Shown here piece after piece: positions 1 through 10,103 of a stretch of DNA of 25,275 nt (position 1 is its first letter; every line of letters starts with the position of its first letter). The stretch is from Planctomycetia bacterium (lineage in GTDB: Bacteria; Planctomycetota; Planctomycetia; Pirellulales; S012-138). The notes beneath the pieces are model-generated. The model ran no database searches. It was not told where the DNA came from and was given only the letters and a program-made list of their open reading frames with translations. Where the stretch lies: NCBI GenBank assembly GCA_041497795.1, contig JBGQHD010000001.1, forward strand, positions 1 to 25,275. The letters are read 5' to 3'. A program made the position numbers and the translations under genes.

Positions 1-924
1 ACAACTCCCGCCGCCGGAAAGGTCGCTGCCGGTCTGCGCGATCTGCTGCGGCAGCTTCAAAAAGACTCGGATGCGACCTTCGATCGGGATGAGATGGAGC
101 GGCTGATGTTCGCCCACCGGCTGCTGCTCCAGCACCGCGACCGGTTTGACCTGGATCGGTTTGAAACGGCCAATCACGCCGACCAGTTGCTGCGACTCTG
201 CCGTCAGGCCCTGCGCCACGCCGGGGCGCCGGGAGAAATGGACCTGGATTTCTTGCAGTATCTGCGTCTCTATTACGACACGGCCTTCGACGCCAAGGTG
301 GCCCTGGCGCCCAAGCACGCCAAGGAGCTGATCGAGATCGCCTGGGAGGCGACCCAAGGCTCGTCGTATCGCAAGAGCGAGGACGTGACTCCTGTGCTCG
401 TGCTGTACCAATCCTCCGGACAGTTCCATTTCTTGCTGGATGTCCCCGCCACGCGATCGCGGCCCGGCGCCAGCAGCTTCTTCGCCTTGCGCAAGGAGTG
501 GAACGACGAGCGGCTGATCCGCGAGGCCTGCCAGAAGGGGCCGCTGCTGCCGCTGCCCGAAGAGGTGCGGCAGGCGCTGTCGCGCCTCGGCGAGGGCGAG
601 AAGGTGGTGCTCCAGTGGCGCGACCCCGTGCTATCGTTCGGGCTTCAATCGCGATCGCCCGCTTCGTATGCCACGTACTACCCGCCGCCGGCTGTCAGCT
701 CCAGCGACGGTCCCCCGAGCGTGCCGCTCCGCACCACGGCCAAACCGCCCGAGGGTGAGTTTCGATTTCCCTTCGACGTGCAATCGCTCTCACGGCGATT
801 TAACCTCTGGGAGCCTGGCTCGGAAGAGAGAACGTTCCGGCAGGCACAGGAAACAGGCTCCACGTTTCGGCAGCGCGACGAGCTCCCGCCGGTCGCCAAA
901 CCGGGGCTCGAGCGCGCACCGTAG
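1..924 (+). CDS. Hypothetical protein, 5'-truncated (C-terminal ~307 aa)
   Basis: Frame 1 is open from base 1 (TTPAAGKVAAGLRDLL...) into the listed 94..924 ORF. Helical-looking first part, Pro-rich tail, no motif recognised. Confidence 0.75.
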   Translation, partial: TTPAAGKVAAGLRDLLRQLQKDSDATFDRDEMERLMFAHRLLLQHRDRFDLDRFETANHADQLLRLCRQALRHAGAPGEMDLDFLQYLRLYYDTAFDAKVALAPKHAKELIEIAWEATQGSSYRKSEDVTPVLVLYQSSGQFHFLLDVPATRSRPGASSFFALRKEWNDERLIREACQKGPLLPLPEEVRQALSRLGEGEKVVLQWRDPVLSFGLQSRSPASYATYYPPPAVSSSDGPPSVPLRTTAKPPEGEFRFPFDVQSLSRRFNLWEPGSEERTFRQAQETGSTFRQRDELPPVAKPGLERAP

Positions 925-943
925 GCCTTAACGGACGGCATCG

Positions 944-1438
944 ATGCAAACCACGGAACTGCGCGCCATCCTGGGTGAGCTGCAATTCACCGCCGAGCTG
1001 CACGATCCGACGTTGCAGCGCCTGGTCGAAGTCTCGTCGCTGAAGCAATACCCGCGCGGCACGGTCCTCTTCCGGGAAGGCTCACAAAACGGCGATCTGT
1101 TTCTTCTCCGCGCGGGCCGGGTGATGCTCGAAATGAACGTGCCCGGCCGCGGCAAGCTGGCCATCCTGACGCTGGGGCCGGGCGAGATGGCGGCCTGGTC
1201 GGCGCTCCTCGGCGAAGGGGAGATGACCGCCACGGCCGTAACGCTGGACGACGTGCAGGCCGTCGTGGCTTCCGGCGCGAAGTTGCGGGAGATGTGCGAG
1301 CAGGATCACGAGTTCGGCTATCATCTGATGCGGACGATGGCCACGGCCCTGTCGCGGCGGCTGCTGGCCACGCGGCTACAGCTCTTGGACCTGTTCGCTG
1401 ACACGCCGCCGGCCATCCAACCCGACGTTTCAGCCTGA
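944..1438 (+). CDS. Stand-alone cyclic nucleotide-binding (Crp/Fnr-type sensor) domain protein, no HTH
   Basis: 164 aa; YPRGTVLFREG...LFLLRAGRV...ILTLGPGEMAAWSALL...TATAVT is the cNMP beta-barrel pattern, followed by a C-helix and then the stop. Confidence 0.9.
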   Translation: MQTTELRAILGELQFTAELHDPTLQRLVEVSSLKQYPRGTVLFREGSQNGDLFLLRAGRVMLEMNVPGRGKLAILTLGPGEMAAWSALLGEGEMTATAVTLDDVQAVVASGAKLREMCEQDHEFGYHLMRTMATALSRRLLATRLQLLDLFADTPPAIQPDVSA

Positions 1439-1450
1439 GGGAGCTACCGC

Positions 1451-2644
1451 ATGAGCGGCGGAACGGACAACGCCACGATCGGCCAGGACCGTCAGGAAAC
1501 TGTCGGCTCCAGGCTCTTCCTGCCCAAGCACGAATTGCCGGCCCTGTTTCGTGAATTGACGACCCGCGGCTACGAAATCATCGGACCGACGATCGACCAG
1601 CAGGCCATCGTCTACGACCGCATCGCCTCCGTGGACGATCTGCCCAAGGGATGGACCGACTCGCAGGAGCCGGGCAAGTATCGCTTGGCCCGCCGCGACG
1701 ACGAGGCGCTGTTCGGCTACGTGGTCGGCCCGCATTCCTGGAAACGCTACCTCTTTCCGCCCGAGGCGAAACTGGCCGCGGCCGAGCGCACGGCCTCCGG
1801 CTGGAAGTTCGCCGAGGCGGAGGACACCGCGCCCAAGTTCGCCTTCCTCGGCGTGCGGGCCTGCGACCTGGCCGCCCTGGCGGTGCAGGACCGCGTGTTC
1901 TTGACGGGGCCGTACGTCGATCCGATCTATCAACGCCGCCGCTCGCAGGCGTTCATCATCGCCGCCAACTGCACGCAGGCCGCGTCCACGTGCTTCTGCA
2001 CGTCGATGGGCACGGGACCGCGCTGCACGGCCGGGTTCGACGTGGCATTGACCGAGCTGCCCACGGGATTCTTGGTCGAAGTGGCCACGGCCCAAGGCGG
2101 CGACGTCGTCGCGGCCTTGCCGACGCAGCCCGCCACCATCGCGCAGCAGCAAGAGGCCGCCACCGCCCGCCAGCGTGCCGTCGATCAAATCCAGCGGCAC
2201 ATGAATACCGAGGGCATCCGCGACTTGCTGTTGACGAACCTCGAACACCCGCGCTGGGACGAAGTGGCGACGCGCTGCCTCTCGTGCACCAACTGCACGA
2301 TGGTCTGCCCCACGTGCTTTTGCAGCTCGGTGGAGGAAGTGAGCGACCTGACCGGCGACCACGTCGAGCGCCGCCGCCGCTGGGACTCGTGCTTCAACGT
2401 GGACTTCAGCTACATGAACGGCGGCAACGTCCGCAACAGCATCCGCTCGCGCTATCGCCAGTGGCTGACGCACAAGCTGGCTTCGTGGATCGACCAGTTC
2501 GACACCTCCGGTTGCGTGGGCTGCGGGCGGTGCATCACCTGGTGCCCCGTGGGCATCGACCTGACGGAAGAAGTGGCCGCAATCCGCAGCAGCCCGGCTG
2601 TTGTCGAGCAGCCGGGCCGCGTGGCCCGCGGGGAGGCCACATGA
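1451..2644 (+). CDS. hydB: Group 3b [NiFe]-hydrogenase beta subunit (Fe-S protein, AsrA-like)
   Basis: [32 protein letters not shown] and [16 protein letters not shown] Fe-S motifs; GAGGGAG RBS upstream. Confidence 0.92.
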   Translation: MSGGTDNATIGQDRQETVGSRLFLPKHELPALFRELTTRGYEIIGPTIDQQAIVYDRIASVDDLPKGWTDSQEPGKYRLARRDDEALFGYVVGPHSWKRYLFPPEAKLAAAERTASGWKFAEAEDTAPKFAFLGVRACDLAALAVQDRVFLTGPYVDPIYQRRRSQAFIIAANCTQAASTCFCTSMGTGPRCTAGFDVALTELPTGFLVEVATAQGGDVVAALPTQPATIAQQQEAATARQRAVDQIQRHMNTEGIRDLLLTNLEHPRWDEVATRCLSCTNCTMVCPTCFCSSVEEVSDLTGDHVERRRRWDSCFNVDFSYMNGGNVRNSIRSRYRQWLTHKLASWIDQFDTSGCVGCGRCITWCPVGIDLTEEVAAIRSSPAVVEQPGRVARGEAT

Positions 2645-3504
2645 CTGCCGCCGCGTGCGCCGCCCAGCCGGCCGCCCATCCCTGGCTGGCCCAAACGGTG
2701 GCCATCCGCGAAATCACGGCGGAAATCGACGGCGTGGCCACCTATCACCTCACGTTCCAGGATCAGGCCGCCGCGGAGCGCTACCGCTTCGCGCCGGGGC
2801 AATTCAACATGCTGTACCTGCCCGGGGCGGGCGAGATTCCGATTTCACTGAGCGAAGACCCGCGGGCCGAGCAAAGCTGGGCGCACACGGTGCGCGAGGC
2901 GGGCAACGTCACGCGCACGCTGGCCCGGTTGCGAGCGGGCGAGACGCTGGGTCTGCGCGGCCCCTTTGGCACCTGCTGGCCGATGGACGATTGCCAAGGC
3001 CGCGACGTGGTGCTGGTCGCAGGCGGCATCGGTCTGGCCCCCTTGCGTCCGGCCGTCTATCAGCTCCTGCACGAGCCGGGCCGCTACGGCCGGCTGCACC
3101 TCTTGTACGGCGCTCGATCCCCCAACACGCTGTTGTACACGCGGGAATTCGACGATTGGACCAGCCGCGGGCTGCGCATTCAGACCACCGTGGACCGCGC
3201 GGCGCCCGGCTGGGACGGCAACGTGGGCGTCGTGCCGCTGCTCTTGGAACGCCTGCGCGACTTCGACCCGGCGAGCGCCATCCTGCTGGCCTGCGGGCCG
3301 GAAGTGATGATGCGGTTCACCGTCAAAGCCGCCCGGCAGCGCGGCATGACGCCCGGTCAGATCTGGGTCAGTCTGGAACGCAATATGCACTGTGCCGTGG
3401 GGCTGTGCGGCCACTGCCAGTTGGGTCCGGAGTTCATCTGCAAGGACGGCCCGGTGTTCCGCTATGATCGCCTTGCGCCGTTTCTCAACGTGGAGGCGTT
3501 GTAG
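2641..3504 (+). CDS. hydG: Group 3b hydrogenase gamma subunit (FAD/NAD(P)-binding, 2Fe-2S)
   Basis: ATG at 2641 overlaps the hydB stop (ATGA). Motifs [44 protein letters not shown]...CKDGPVF. The listed ORF start at 1651 is an upstream extension. Confidence 0.92.
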   Translation: MTAAACAAQPAAHPWLAQTVAIREITAEIDGVATYHLTFQDQAAAERYRFAPGQFNMLYLPGAGEIPISLSEDPRAEQSWAHTVREAGNVTRTLARLRAGETLGLRGPFGTCWPMDDCQGRDVVLVAGGIGLAPLRPAVYQLLHEPGRYGRLHLLYGARSPNTLLYTREFDDWTSRGLRIQTTVDRAAPGWDGNVGVVPLLLERLRDFDPASAILLACGPEVMMRFTVKAARQRGMTPGQIWVSLERNMHCAVGLCGHCQLGPEFICKDGPVFRYDRLAPFLNVEAL

Positions 3505-3576
3505 GTGCCGCCTGCCGGGCGGCACAAACGTCTTGTCTTGCGGCGCTTCTTGTTCCGCCCGGCAGGCGGAACCTAC
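3501..3576. repeat. Inverted doublet of GTAG-type REP-like elements, class A
   Basis: GTAGGTGCCGCCTGCCGGGCGGCACAA (3501-3527, +) and GTAGGTTCCGCCTGCCGGGCGGAACAA (3550-3576, -); each has an 8-bp internal stem. Confidence 0.85.
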
Positions 3577-3603
3577 TGGCCGCCAGGCCGCGTTTAACAG
3601 AAC

Positions 3604-4416
3604 ATGTCCCAACCCACTCGCAAGCCCAAGCTCGGCGTGTTCAAGTTTGCCTCTTGCGACGGCTGCCAGTTGTCGCTGCTGGACGCGGAGGACCAACTGT
3701 TGGCGGTGGCCGGGGCGTTGGACATTGCCTACTTTCTCGAAGCCAGCAGCCGCATCGACGTTGGGCCGTACGACGTCGCCCTGGTCGAAGGCTCGATCAC
3801 CACACCGGACGACGCGGAGCGAATCCAGGAAGTCCGCCGCAAGAGCAAGTTCCTGATCACGATCGGCGCCTGCGCCACGGCTGGCGGCATTCAGGCCCTG
3901 CGGAACTGGGCCAACGTCGAGGAGTTCATGAAGGCCGTCTACGCCTCGCCTGAGTACATTCGCGTGCTGGAGACTTCGACGCCGATCTCCCAGCACGTGC
4001 CGGTCGATTTCGAGCTTCGCGGCTGCCCCATCAACCAGTATCAGTTAATCGAAGTCATTGCCGCGATTTTGGCCGGTCGCAGGCCGCGCACGCCGGCGCA
4101 CAGCGTCTGCCTGGACTGCAAGCGCCGCGGCACGGTGTGCGTGATGGTCGCGCACGGGACGCCATGCCTGGGTCCGGTGACGCACTTTGGTTGCGGGGCG
4201 ATCTGCCCCGCCTACGACCGCGGCTGCTACGGCTGTTACGGGCCGGCGGCGGAGCCGAACCTGGTGAGCCTGACGAACCGCTTTCAAGCGGACGGCATGC
4301 CGCGGGATCGCGTCGTGCAAAGCCTCCGCGGCTTCAACGGCTATGCGCCCGAATTTCGCAACGAGAGCGATCGGCTGGAATCCGTAGCCGAAGTCGCCAG
4401 ACTTCGGGGAGACTGA
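3604..4416 (+). CDS. hydD: Group 3b hydrogenase delta (small) subunit
   Basis: [37 protein letters not shown]...GCYGCYG; no Tat signal, consistent with a cytoplasmic enzyme. Confidence 0.93.
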   Translation: MSQPTRKPKLGVFKFASCDGCQLSLLDAEDQLLAVAGALDIAYFLEASSRIDVGPYDVALVEGSITTPDDAERIQEVRRKSKFLITIGACATAGGIQALRNWANVEEFMKAVYASPEYIRVLETSTPISQHVPVDFELRGCPINQYQLIEVIAAILAGRRPRTPAHSVCLDCKRRGTVCVMVAHGTPCLGPVTHFGCGAICPAYDRGCYGCYGPAAEPNLVSLTNRFQADGMPRDRVVQSLRGFNGYAPEFRNESDRLESVAEVARLRGD

Positions 4417-4450
4417 ACCTCGGACGCTGAACTCTGGCGAGTTCAGCTAC
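4384..4450. repeat. Inverted doublet of GTAG-type REP-like elements, class B
   Basis: GTAGCCGAAGTCGCCAGACTTCGG (4384-4407, +) and GTAGCTGAACTCGCCAGAGTTCAGC (4426-4450, -); 8-bp stems with the same GCCA loop. Confidence 0.88.
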
Positions 4451-4475
4451 GCCACACTCACAGCGGACGCCCACC

Positions 4476-5774
4476 ATGCCCGCGCCACGGACGATCAAGG
4501 TTGCCGCGCTGACTCGCGTGGAGGGCGAAGGGGGTCTGCACATCCGCCTGAGTGGCGAAACCATCGACGAGGTACGTCTCGAGATTTACGAGCCGCCGCG
4601 GCTGTTCGAGGCCTTTCTGCGCGGCCGGCCGCTGGAAGACGTGCCCGACATCACCGCCCGCATCTGCGGCATCTGCCCGGTGGCCTACCAGATGAGCTCC
4701 GTGCACGCCCTGGAGCGAGCGTTGGGCGTTGTCATCACGCCGGAGATTCGCCGGCTGCGGCGGTTGCTGTACTGCGGCGAATGGATCGAAAGCCACGTGC
4801 TGCACATGTTCCTGCTGCACGCGCCGGACTTCCTCGGCTACGACAGCGGATTGCAGATGGCCGAAAAGCACCCCACCGAGGTCCACCGCGCGCTGCGGCT
4901 GAAGAAGCACGGCAACCAGTTGTTGGAAATGCTCGGCGGCCGGGCGATCCACCCGATCAACGTCGCCGTCGGCGGCTTCTACCGCTGCCCGCGACGAGAG
5001 GAAATCCAGCGGCTGATTCCCGACTTCGAGTGGGGCCTGCAAGCGGCCGTGGAAGCAACGCGGTGGGTGGCGGGGCTCGACTTTCCCGACTTTGACGGGC
5101 AGTACGAGTTCGTCGCCCTGGCACATCCCGATGAGTACCCCATGAACGAGGGGCCGATCACCACCAGCAGCGGCGAGGCGTTCTCGGCCGATCAATTTGC
5201 CGCGGCATTTGAAGAGCGGCACGTTCCCCATTCCACCGCCCTGCATTCGCTTCGCAAAGCAACCGGCAAGCCGTACCTCGTGGGGCCACTGTCGCGCGTG
5301 AATCTGAACTTGGAGCGGCTCTCGCCCACCGCGCGCCGGCTGGCCGACGAGGTGAGCATCGACTGGCCCTGTGCCAACCCGTTCAAAAGCATCGTGGCCC
5401 GCGGTCTGGAGGTCGTGCACGCCTACGAGGAATCGCTGGACATCCTGCGAAACTATCGGCCGTCCCGCCCGCCGCGCGTGGCGTACGAATACCGCGCGGG
5501 CGAAGGCGCCGCCGCAACCGAGGCCCCACGGGGCACGCTTTATCATCGGTACGTCGTGGACGGCCAGGGCAAGGTTCGCGAGGCCCAGATCGTGCCCCCC
5601 ACCTCGCAAAACCAGGCGCAGATCGAGGCCGATTTGCGCCGCTGGGTGGCCCGCGTGCTGTCCGACGACGAGGCCCACACCGCCCGGCAATGCGAGAACT
5701 TGGTGCGTAGCTACGATCCGTGCATCAGTTGCTCCACACACTTTTTGAAGGTCGCGATCGAGCGAGGGACATGA
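4476..5774 (+). CDS. hydA: Group 3b [NiFe]-hydrogenase alpha (large, catalytic) subunit
   Basis: N-terminal TRVEGEG, L1 ARICGICPVAY, L2 YDPCISCSTH, then a 10-aa cleavable extension (FLKVAIERGT). Cys, not Sec, at the active site. Confidence 0.95.
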   Translation: MPAPRTIKVAALTRVEGEGGLHIRLSGETIDEVRLEIYEPPRLFEAFLRGRPLEDVPDITARICGICPVAYQMSSVHALERALGVVITPEIRRLRRLLYCGEWIESHVLHMFLLHAPDFLGYDSGLQMAEKHPTEVHRALRLKKHGNQLLEMLGGRAIHPINVAVGGFYRCPRREEIQRLIPDFEWGLQAAVEATRWVAGLDFPDFDGQYEFVALAHPDEYPMNEGPITTSSGEAFSADQFAAAFEERHVPHSTALHSLRKATGKPYLVGPLSRVNLNLERLSPTARRLADEVSIDWPCANPFKSIVARGLEVVHAYEESLDILRNYRPSRPPRVAYEYRAGEGAAATEAPRGTLYHRYVVDGQGKVREAQIVPPTSQNQAQIEADLRRWVARVLSDDEAHTARQCENLVRSYDPCISCSTHFLKVAIERGT

Positions 5775-5790
5775 CAATCAAGGCACAGTC

Positions 5791-5898
5791 CTCGTCGTGC
5801 TCGTGCTCTTAAACGTGCGCGATAAGAGCGTCCATTAGAGCACGATTAAGAGCACCAGCACGAGCACGATGACAAGCACGATGACCAGCACGATGACG
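5791..5898. repeat. AGCACG-based tandem and inverted repeat element
   Basis: Perfect 13-bp inverted repeat TCGTGCTCGTGCT (5795-5807) / AGCACGAGCACGA (5857-5869); three tandem 12-mers AGCACGATGACN (5863-5898). Confidence 0.8.
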
Positions 5899-5909
5899 AG
5901 AGACCGAGA

Positions 5910-6389
5910 ATGACATCAACGCGGCTCGCCGTAGGCATCGGCTCTCATCACGGCGACGACCAGGTCGGCTGGCGCGTCGCGGAAGAGCTTGCGCGCCACG
6001 GGCCGGCTGAGGTTTCCGTGCGACTGGCCCGGGCGCCGGCCGACCTGCTCGACTGGCTGCCCGCGGACTCGCTGATCCTTTGCGACGGCTGCCGCGGCTC
6101 CGGCCCGGTTGGCTGCGTGCGCGGCTGGTCGTGGCCCGACGCGCCTCCGTCGGATGGGCTGCGATGGAGCGGGACGCATCAGTTTGGCTTGGGGGAAGTC
6201 CTCCTGCTTGCCGACCGGATGGGCCTGCTCCCTTCGCGCATCGCCATTTGGACGGTCGAAGTGGATTCGGTTGTCCCTGGCGCGCCTCTGTCCGCACAAG
6301 TGGCTGCCGCGGTGCCCGTGGTCGTGGCCGCGATGCAGCACGAACTTACACGTCAGGATGGCCCCTCCTTGATCGCCCAACATGCATGA
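5910..6389 (+). CDS. Hydrogenase maturation endopeptidase (HycI/HybD family)
   Basis: AVGIGSHHGDDQVG, ILCDG and SGTHQFGL motifs; lies directly after the large subunit, which has a cleavable tail. Confidence 0.88.
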   Translation: MTSTRLAVGIGSHHGDDQVGWRVAEELARHGPAEVSVRLARAPADLLDWLPADSLILCDGCRGSGPVGCVRGWSWPDAPPSDGLRWSGTHQFGLGEVLLLADRMGLLPSRIAIWTVEVDSVVPGAPLSAQVAAAVPVVVAAMQHELTRQDGPSLIAQHA

Positions 6390-6762
6390 GACCTCGCTAG
6401 TCGCCGCGTTGCTGCGCCAGGTGGACCGCGTTCGTGCTGACCACTCTGCGTCGGCCGTCACGGAAGTCCACGTCCAGGTCGGTCCGCTGTCGGGCGTCGA
6501 ACCCCTGCTCGTGGCGGCAGCTTTTGAGCGGCTGAAGGCGGGCACTTCAGCCGCCGCCGCGCGGCTCATGATTGAGGAAGTTCCGCTGGAAGCCCTCTGT
6601 TCGCGCTGCGGCCTGGAGAGCGAAGTCCTCGATTTTCGATTTCGCTGCGCCCACTGTGGCCATGACGACGTGCGCGTCGTTCGCGGCGACGAATTCCAGC
6701 TTGTCAGCCTGACCGTTGATTCCGCCGACTCCTGCCCCTGCCCCGAGACGGCCGACGTGTGA
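6382..6762 (+). CDS. hypA: Nickel metallochaperone HypA
   Basis: MHE N-terminus, GPLSGVEP, two CxxC Zn motifs (CSRC, CAHC), GDEF. Confidence 0.95.
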   Translation: MHETSLVAALLRQVDRVRADHSASAVTEVHVQVGPLSGVEPLLVAAAFERLKAGTSAAAARLMIEEVPLEALCSRCGLESEVLDFRFRCAHCGHDDVRVVRGDEFQLVSLTVDSADSCPCPETADV

Positions 6763-6766
6763 TGCC

Positions 6767-7439
<673 letters not shown>

Positions 7440-7456
<17 letters not shown>

Positions 7457-9755
7457 ACAACACGTGACGTTGCGTGCTTTGTGCATCACGCTGGTTGGGC
7501 GTGTGCAAGGGATCGGCCTGCGCCCCGCGGTGGCTCGCTGGGCGCACGAGCTGCACCTGGCCGGCAGGATCAGCAACACGCAGCGCGGCGTGCAAATTCA
7601 TGTGGAAGGGTCGGAGAGCGCAGTGGATTGCTTCGTGGCGGGCTTGAGAGATCACCTACCGCCTACCGCCCAGGTTGAACAACTGGAAACGCAAGACTTG
7701 CCGCCGCAGGGCATGGCTGGTTTCGCGATTGCCAGCGGCGCCGGCGCCGGAGCGCTCGCCGCGCGTGTGCCAACGGACCAGGTCGTGTGCTCCGCGTGCC
7801 TGGCCGACACGGAAGCCCTCGACGACCGCCGGGCCGGCTACGCGCTGACAAGCTGCGCCGACTGCGGGCCGCGCTATTCGATTATCGACGCCATGCCCTA
7901 CGAGCGAGCGCAAACCGGCATGGCCGAGTTTGCCCTGTGCCCAGCGTGCCGGGACGAATACGAGTCATCCGCCGACCGCCGCTTCCACGCGCAGACGACC
8001 GCCTGTCCTCTCTGCGGGCCGCAGTTGTGGTGCCGCGACCGCTCCGGCAACAGCGTCGCTTCGGCCGATCAGGCGATTCAAGCGGCCGTCGGCGCGATCC
8101 AGCGTGGACAGATCGTGGCCGCGCGGGGCCTGGGAGGTTACCAGTTCGTGGTCGACGCTTCGTCGCAGGCTGCGGTCGAACGTCTCCGTCAGCGCAAGGG
8201 GCGCCACGGCAAGCCGCTGGCCGTCATGGTGGCATCGCTCGAAGAGGCTCGCAAACTGGTTTGGCTCGACACGTCGGAGCAAGAGCTGCTGACGAGCGCC
8301 GCGGGTCCGATCGTCGTTGCACGGGCGCGCGATGGCTCTTCGCTGGCCCGGGCAATTCATCCCGGTCTGGACACCGTGGGCGTGATGCTGCCGACGACGC
8401 CGTTGCATTGGCTGCTGCTGCGAGAATGCCGTTGTCCGCTCGTGGTCACCAGCGGCAACCTGGAGGGTGAACCGCTTGCTTATCGGCACGAAGAGGCGAT
8501 TCGCCAGTTGCGCGACGTGGCCGACCTCTGGCTGGAACACGACCGGCCCATCCGGCGGCCGATCGACGACAGTGTGGTCCGCGTCATGGCCGGCCGCGCG
8601 ACGACCATTCGCCTCGCCCGCGGATACGCCCCGCTGCCGCTGGCCCTGGACGCCCGGCACCCCATGTTGGCACTAGGCGGGCACCAGAAAGCGGCCCTGG
8701 CCCTGGCCAACGGCGCTCAGGCCGTGCTCGGCCCGCACCTTGGCGACCTGGATACGCTCGCCAGTCGCGACAGGCTATTGGAACAAATCGCAGCGCTGGC
8801 CCAGTTGTACGGCGTACGACCCGGCCGGTGGGCCGTGGACGAGCACCCGGACTACTTCTCGAGGCAGTGGGCACTCAGCCAGCCCGGAACGGTCGAGCCG
8901 GTCCAACATCATCACGCGCACATCGCAGCGGGAATGCTGGAGCACGGCTGGCTGGGCCGCGAGGTCCTGGGCGTCGCCTTCGATGGGACCGGCTACGGCC
9001 CCGACGGCACGATCTGGGGCGGCGAGTTCCTGCGGGCGACCGCGGCAGGTTTCAGCCGTGTCGCCCACCTGCGTCGGTTCCGCCTGCCCGGCGGCGAGCG
9101 GGCCGTGCGCGAGCCGTGGCGCGTGGGCGTGGCCTTAGTCGAGCAGGCGGCAGGCGCCGAAGAGGCGTCTCGCCTCGATTTTCCTCTCGGCAACGACGAC
9201 CGAGACGGTGACTGCTCCCGATTGCTCCGGGTCATCCATTCGCACCGTTTTTCGCCTATCACCTCGAGTGCCGGGCGACTGTTCGACGGCGTCGCCGCGC
9301 TGGCCCTCGGCGTGAGCCATTGCCAATTCGAAGGGCAGGCAGCCATGATGTTGGAGGCCGTCTGCCAGCGGGATGAGGCCGGAAGTTACTTCATCCCGGT
9401 GCGCGGCGAGCCATCCGGCGAATTGGATTGGCGGGAGATGATTGCTGCCGTGCTGCGCGAGCGGGCGGAAGGCGTTGCCCCCGGGATCATGGCCATGCGG
9501 TTTCATCGGGGATTGGCGCGGGCCATTGGATCACTGTGCCGTGCCTACGCGCCCTTGCCGGTCGTGTTGGGCGGCGGCGTGTTCCAAAATCGCGTACTCG
9601 TGGAACTCTTGGCGGAAGAACTCGGCGGCTCGGGTCAACCGCTCGGCCTGCCGGGGCTGATTCCCGTCAACGATGGCGGCCTGGCGGCGGGGCAGCTCGC
9701 CGTGGCAGGGGCGCGATCGCAACGAGACGCATCGGCCGTTAGCGCGGAGAACTGA
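7440..9755 (+). CDS. hypF: Carbamoyltransferase HypF
   Basis: Acylphosphatase domain (GRVQGIGLRP), four CxxC motifs, GLGGY, KPLAVM, HHHAH, DGTGYG.DGTIWGGE, SSAGRLFD, GGVFQN, NDGG. Confidence 0.96.
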
Positions 9756-9758
9756 AAC

Positions 9759-10049
9759 GTGTGCCTTGGCATTCCCGGCAAAGTTGTTCGTTGGCTCGGG
9801 CGGGAAGGCCCGTTCGCGCAAGCGGAAGTCGAGTTCGACGGACTGCGGCGGATCTGTCACATGGCCTGCGTGCCGGAAGCCGACGAGGGAGACTACGTGA
9901 TCGTCCACGCCGGGATCGCCATCAGCCGCATCGACTCACGGGAAGCACAACGCGTCTTCGAGACGTTGGCGGAGCTCAAGGACCATGACGGCTGGCTGCC
10001 AAATTCAGCGACTGACGCCGATGAGCGGGCGACGCGTGCTCGGCCTTAG
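9759..10049 (+). CDS. hypC: Hydrogenase maturation chaperone HypC
   Basis: GTG start; MCLGIPG with Cys2; GDYVIVHAGIAI. Confidence 0.95.
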   Translation: MCLGIPGKVVRWLGREGPFAQAEVEFDGLRRICHMACVPEADEGDYVIVHAGIAISRIDSREAQRVFETLAELKDHDGWLPNSATDADERATRARP

Positions 10050-10103
10050 CGACATCGAGCACGTCGGATTCACGAACTACATCCTGGCCGCGGTAGCGTG
10101 GGC

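Noticed and set aside
760-943. FNR/CRP box upstream of the hydrogenase operon
   Set aside because: No convincing TTGAT-N4-ATCAA or TGTGA-N6-TCACA match was seen by eye.
1651-2640. 617-aa ORF 1651..3504 as a long or fused gamma subunit
   Set aside because: The first 330 codons are an off-frame overlap of hydB with no motifs; the real start is the coupled ATG at 2641.
4476-5774. [NiFeSe] hydrogenase or membrane-bound uptake hydrogenase
   Set aside because: L2 has Cys (DPCISC) with no in-frame TGA; there is no Tat signal on the small subunit and no cytochrome b gene.
5771-5812. Micro-ORF MTIKAQSSSCSCS overlapping the hydA stop (ATGA)
   Set aside because: The CxC comes from the TCGTGC repeat; 13 codons with no independent support. 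Ribosome profiling would be needed to revive it.
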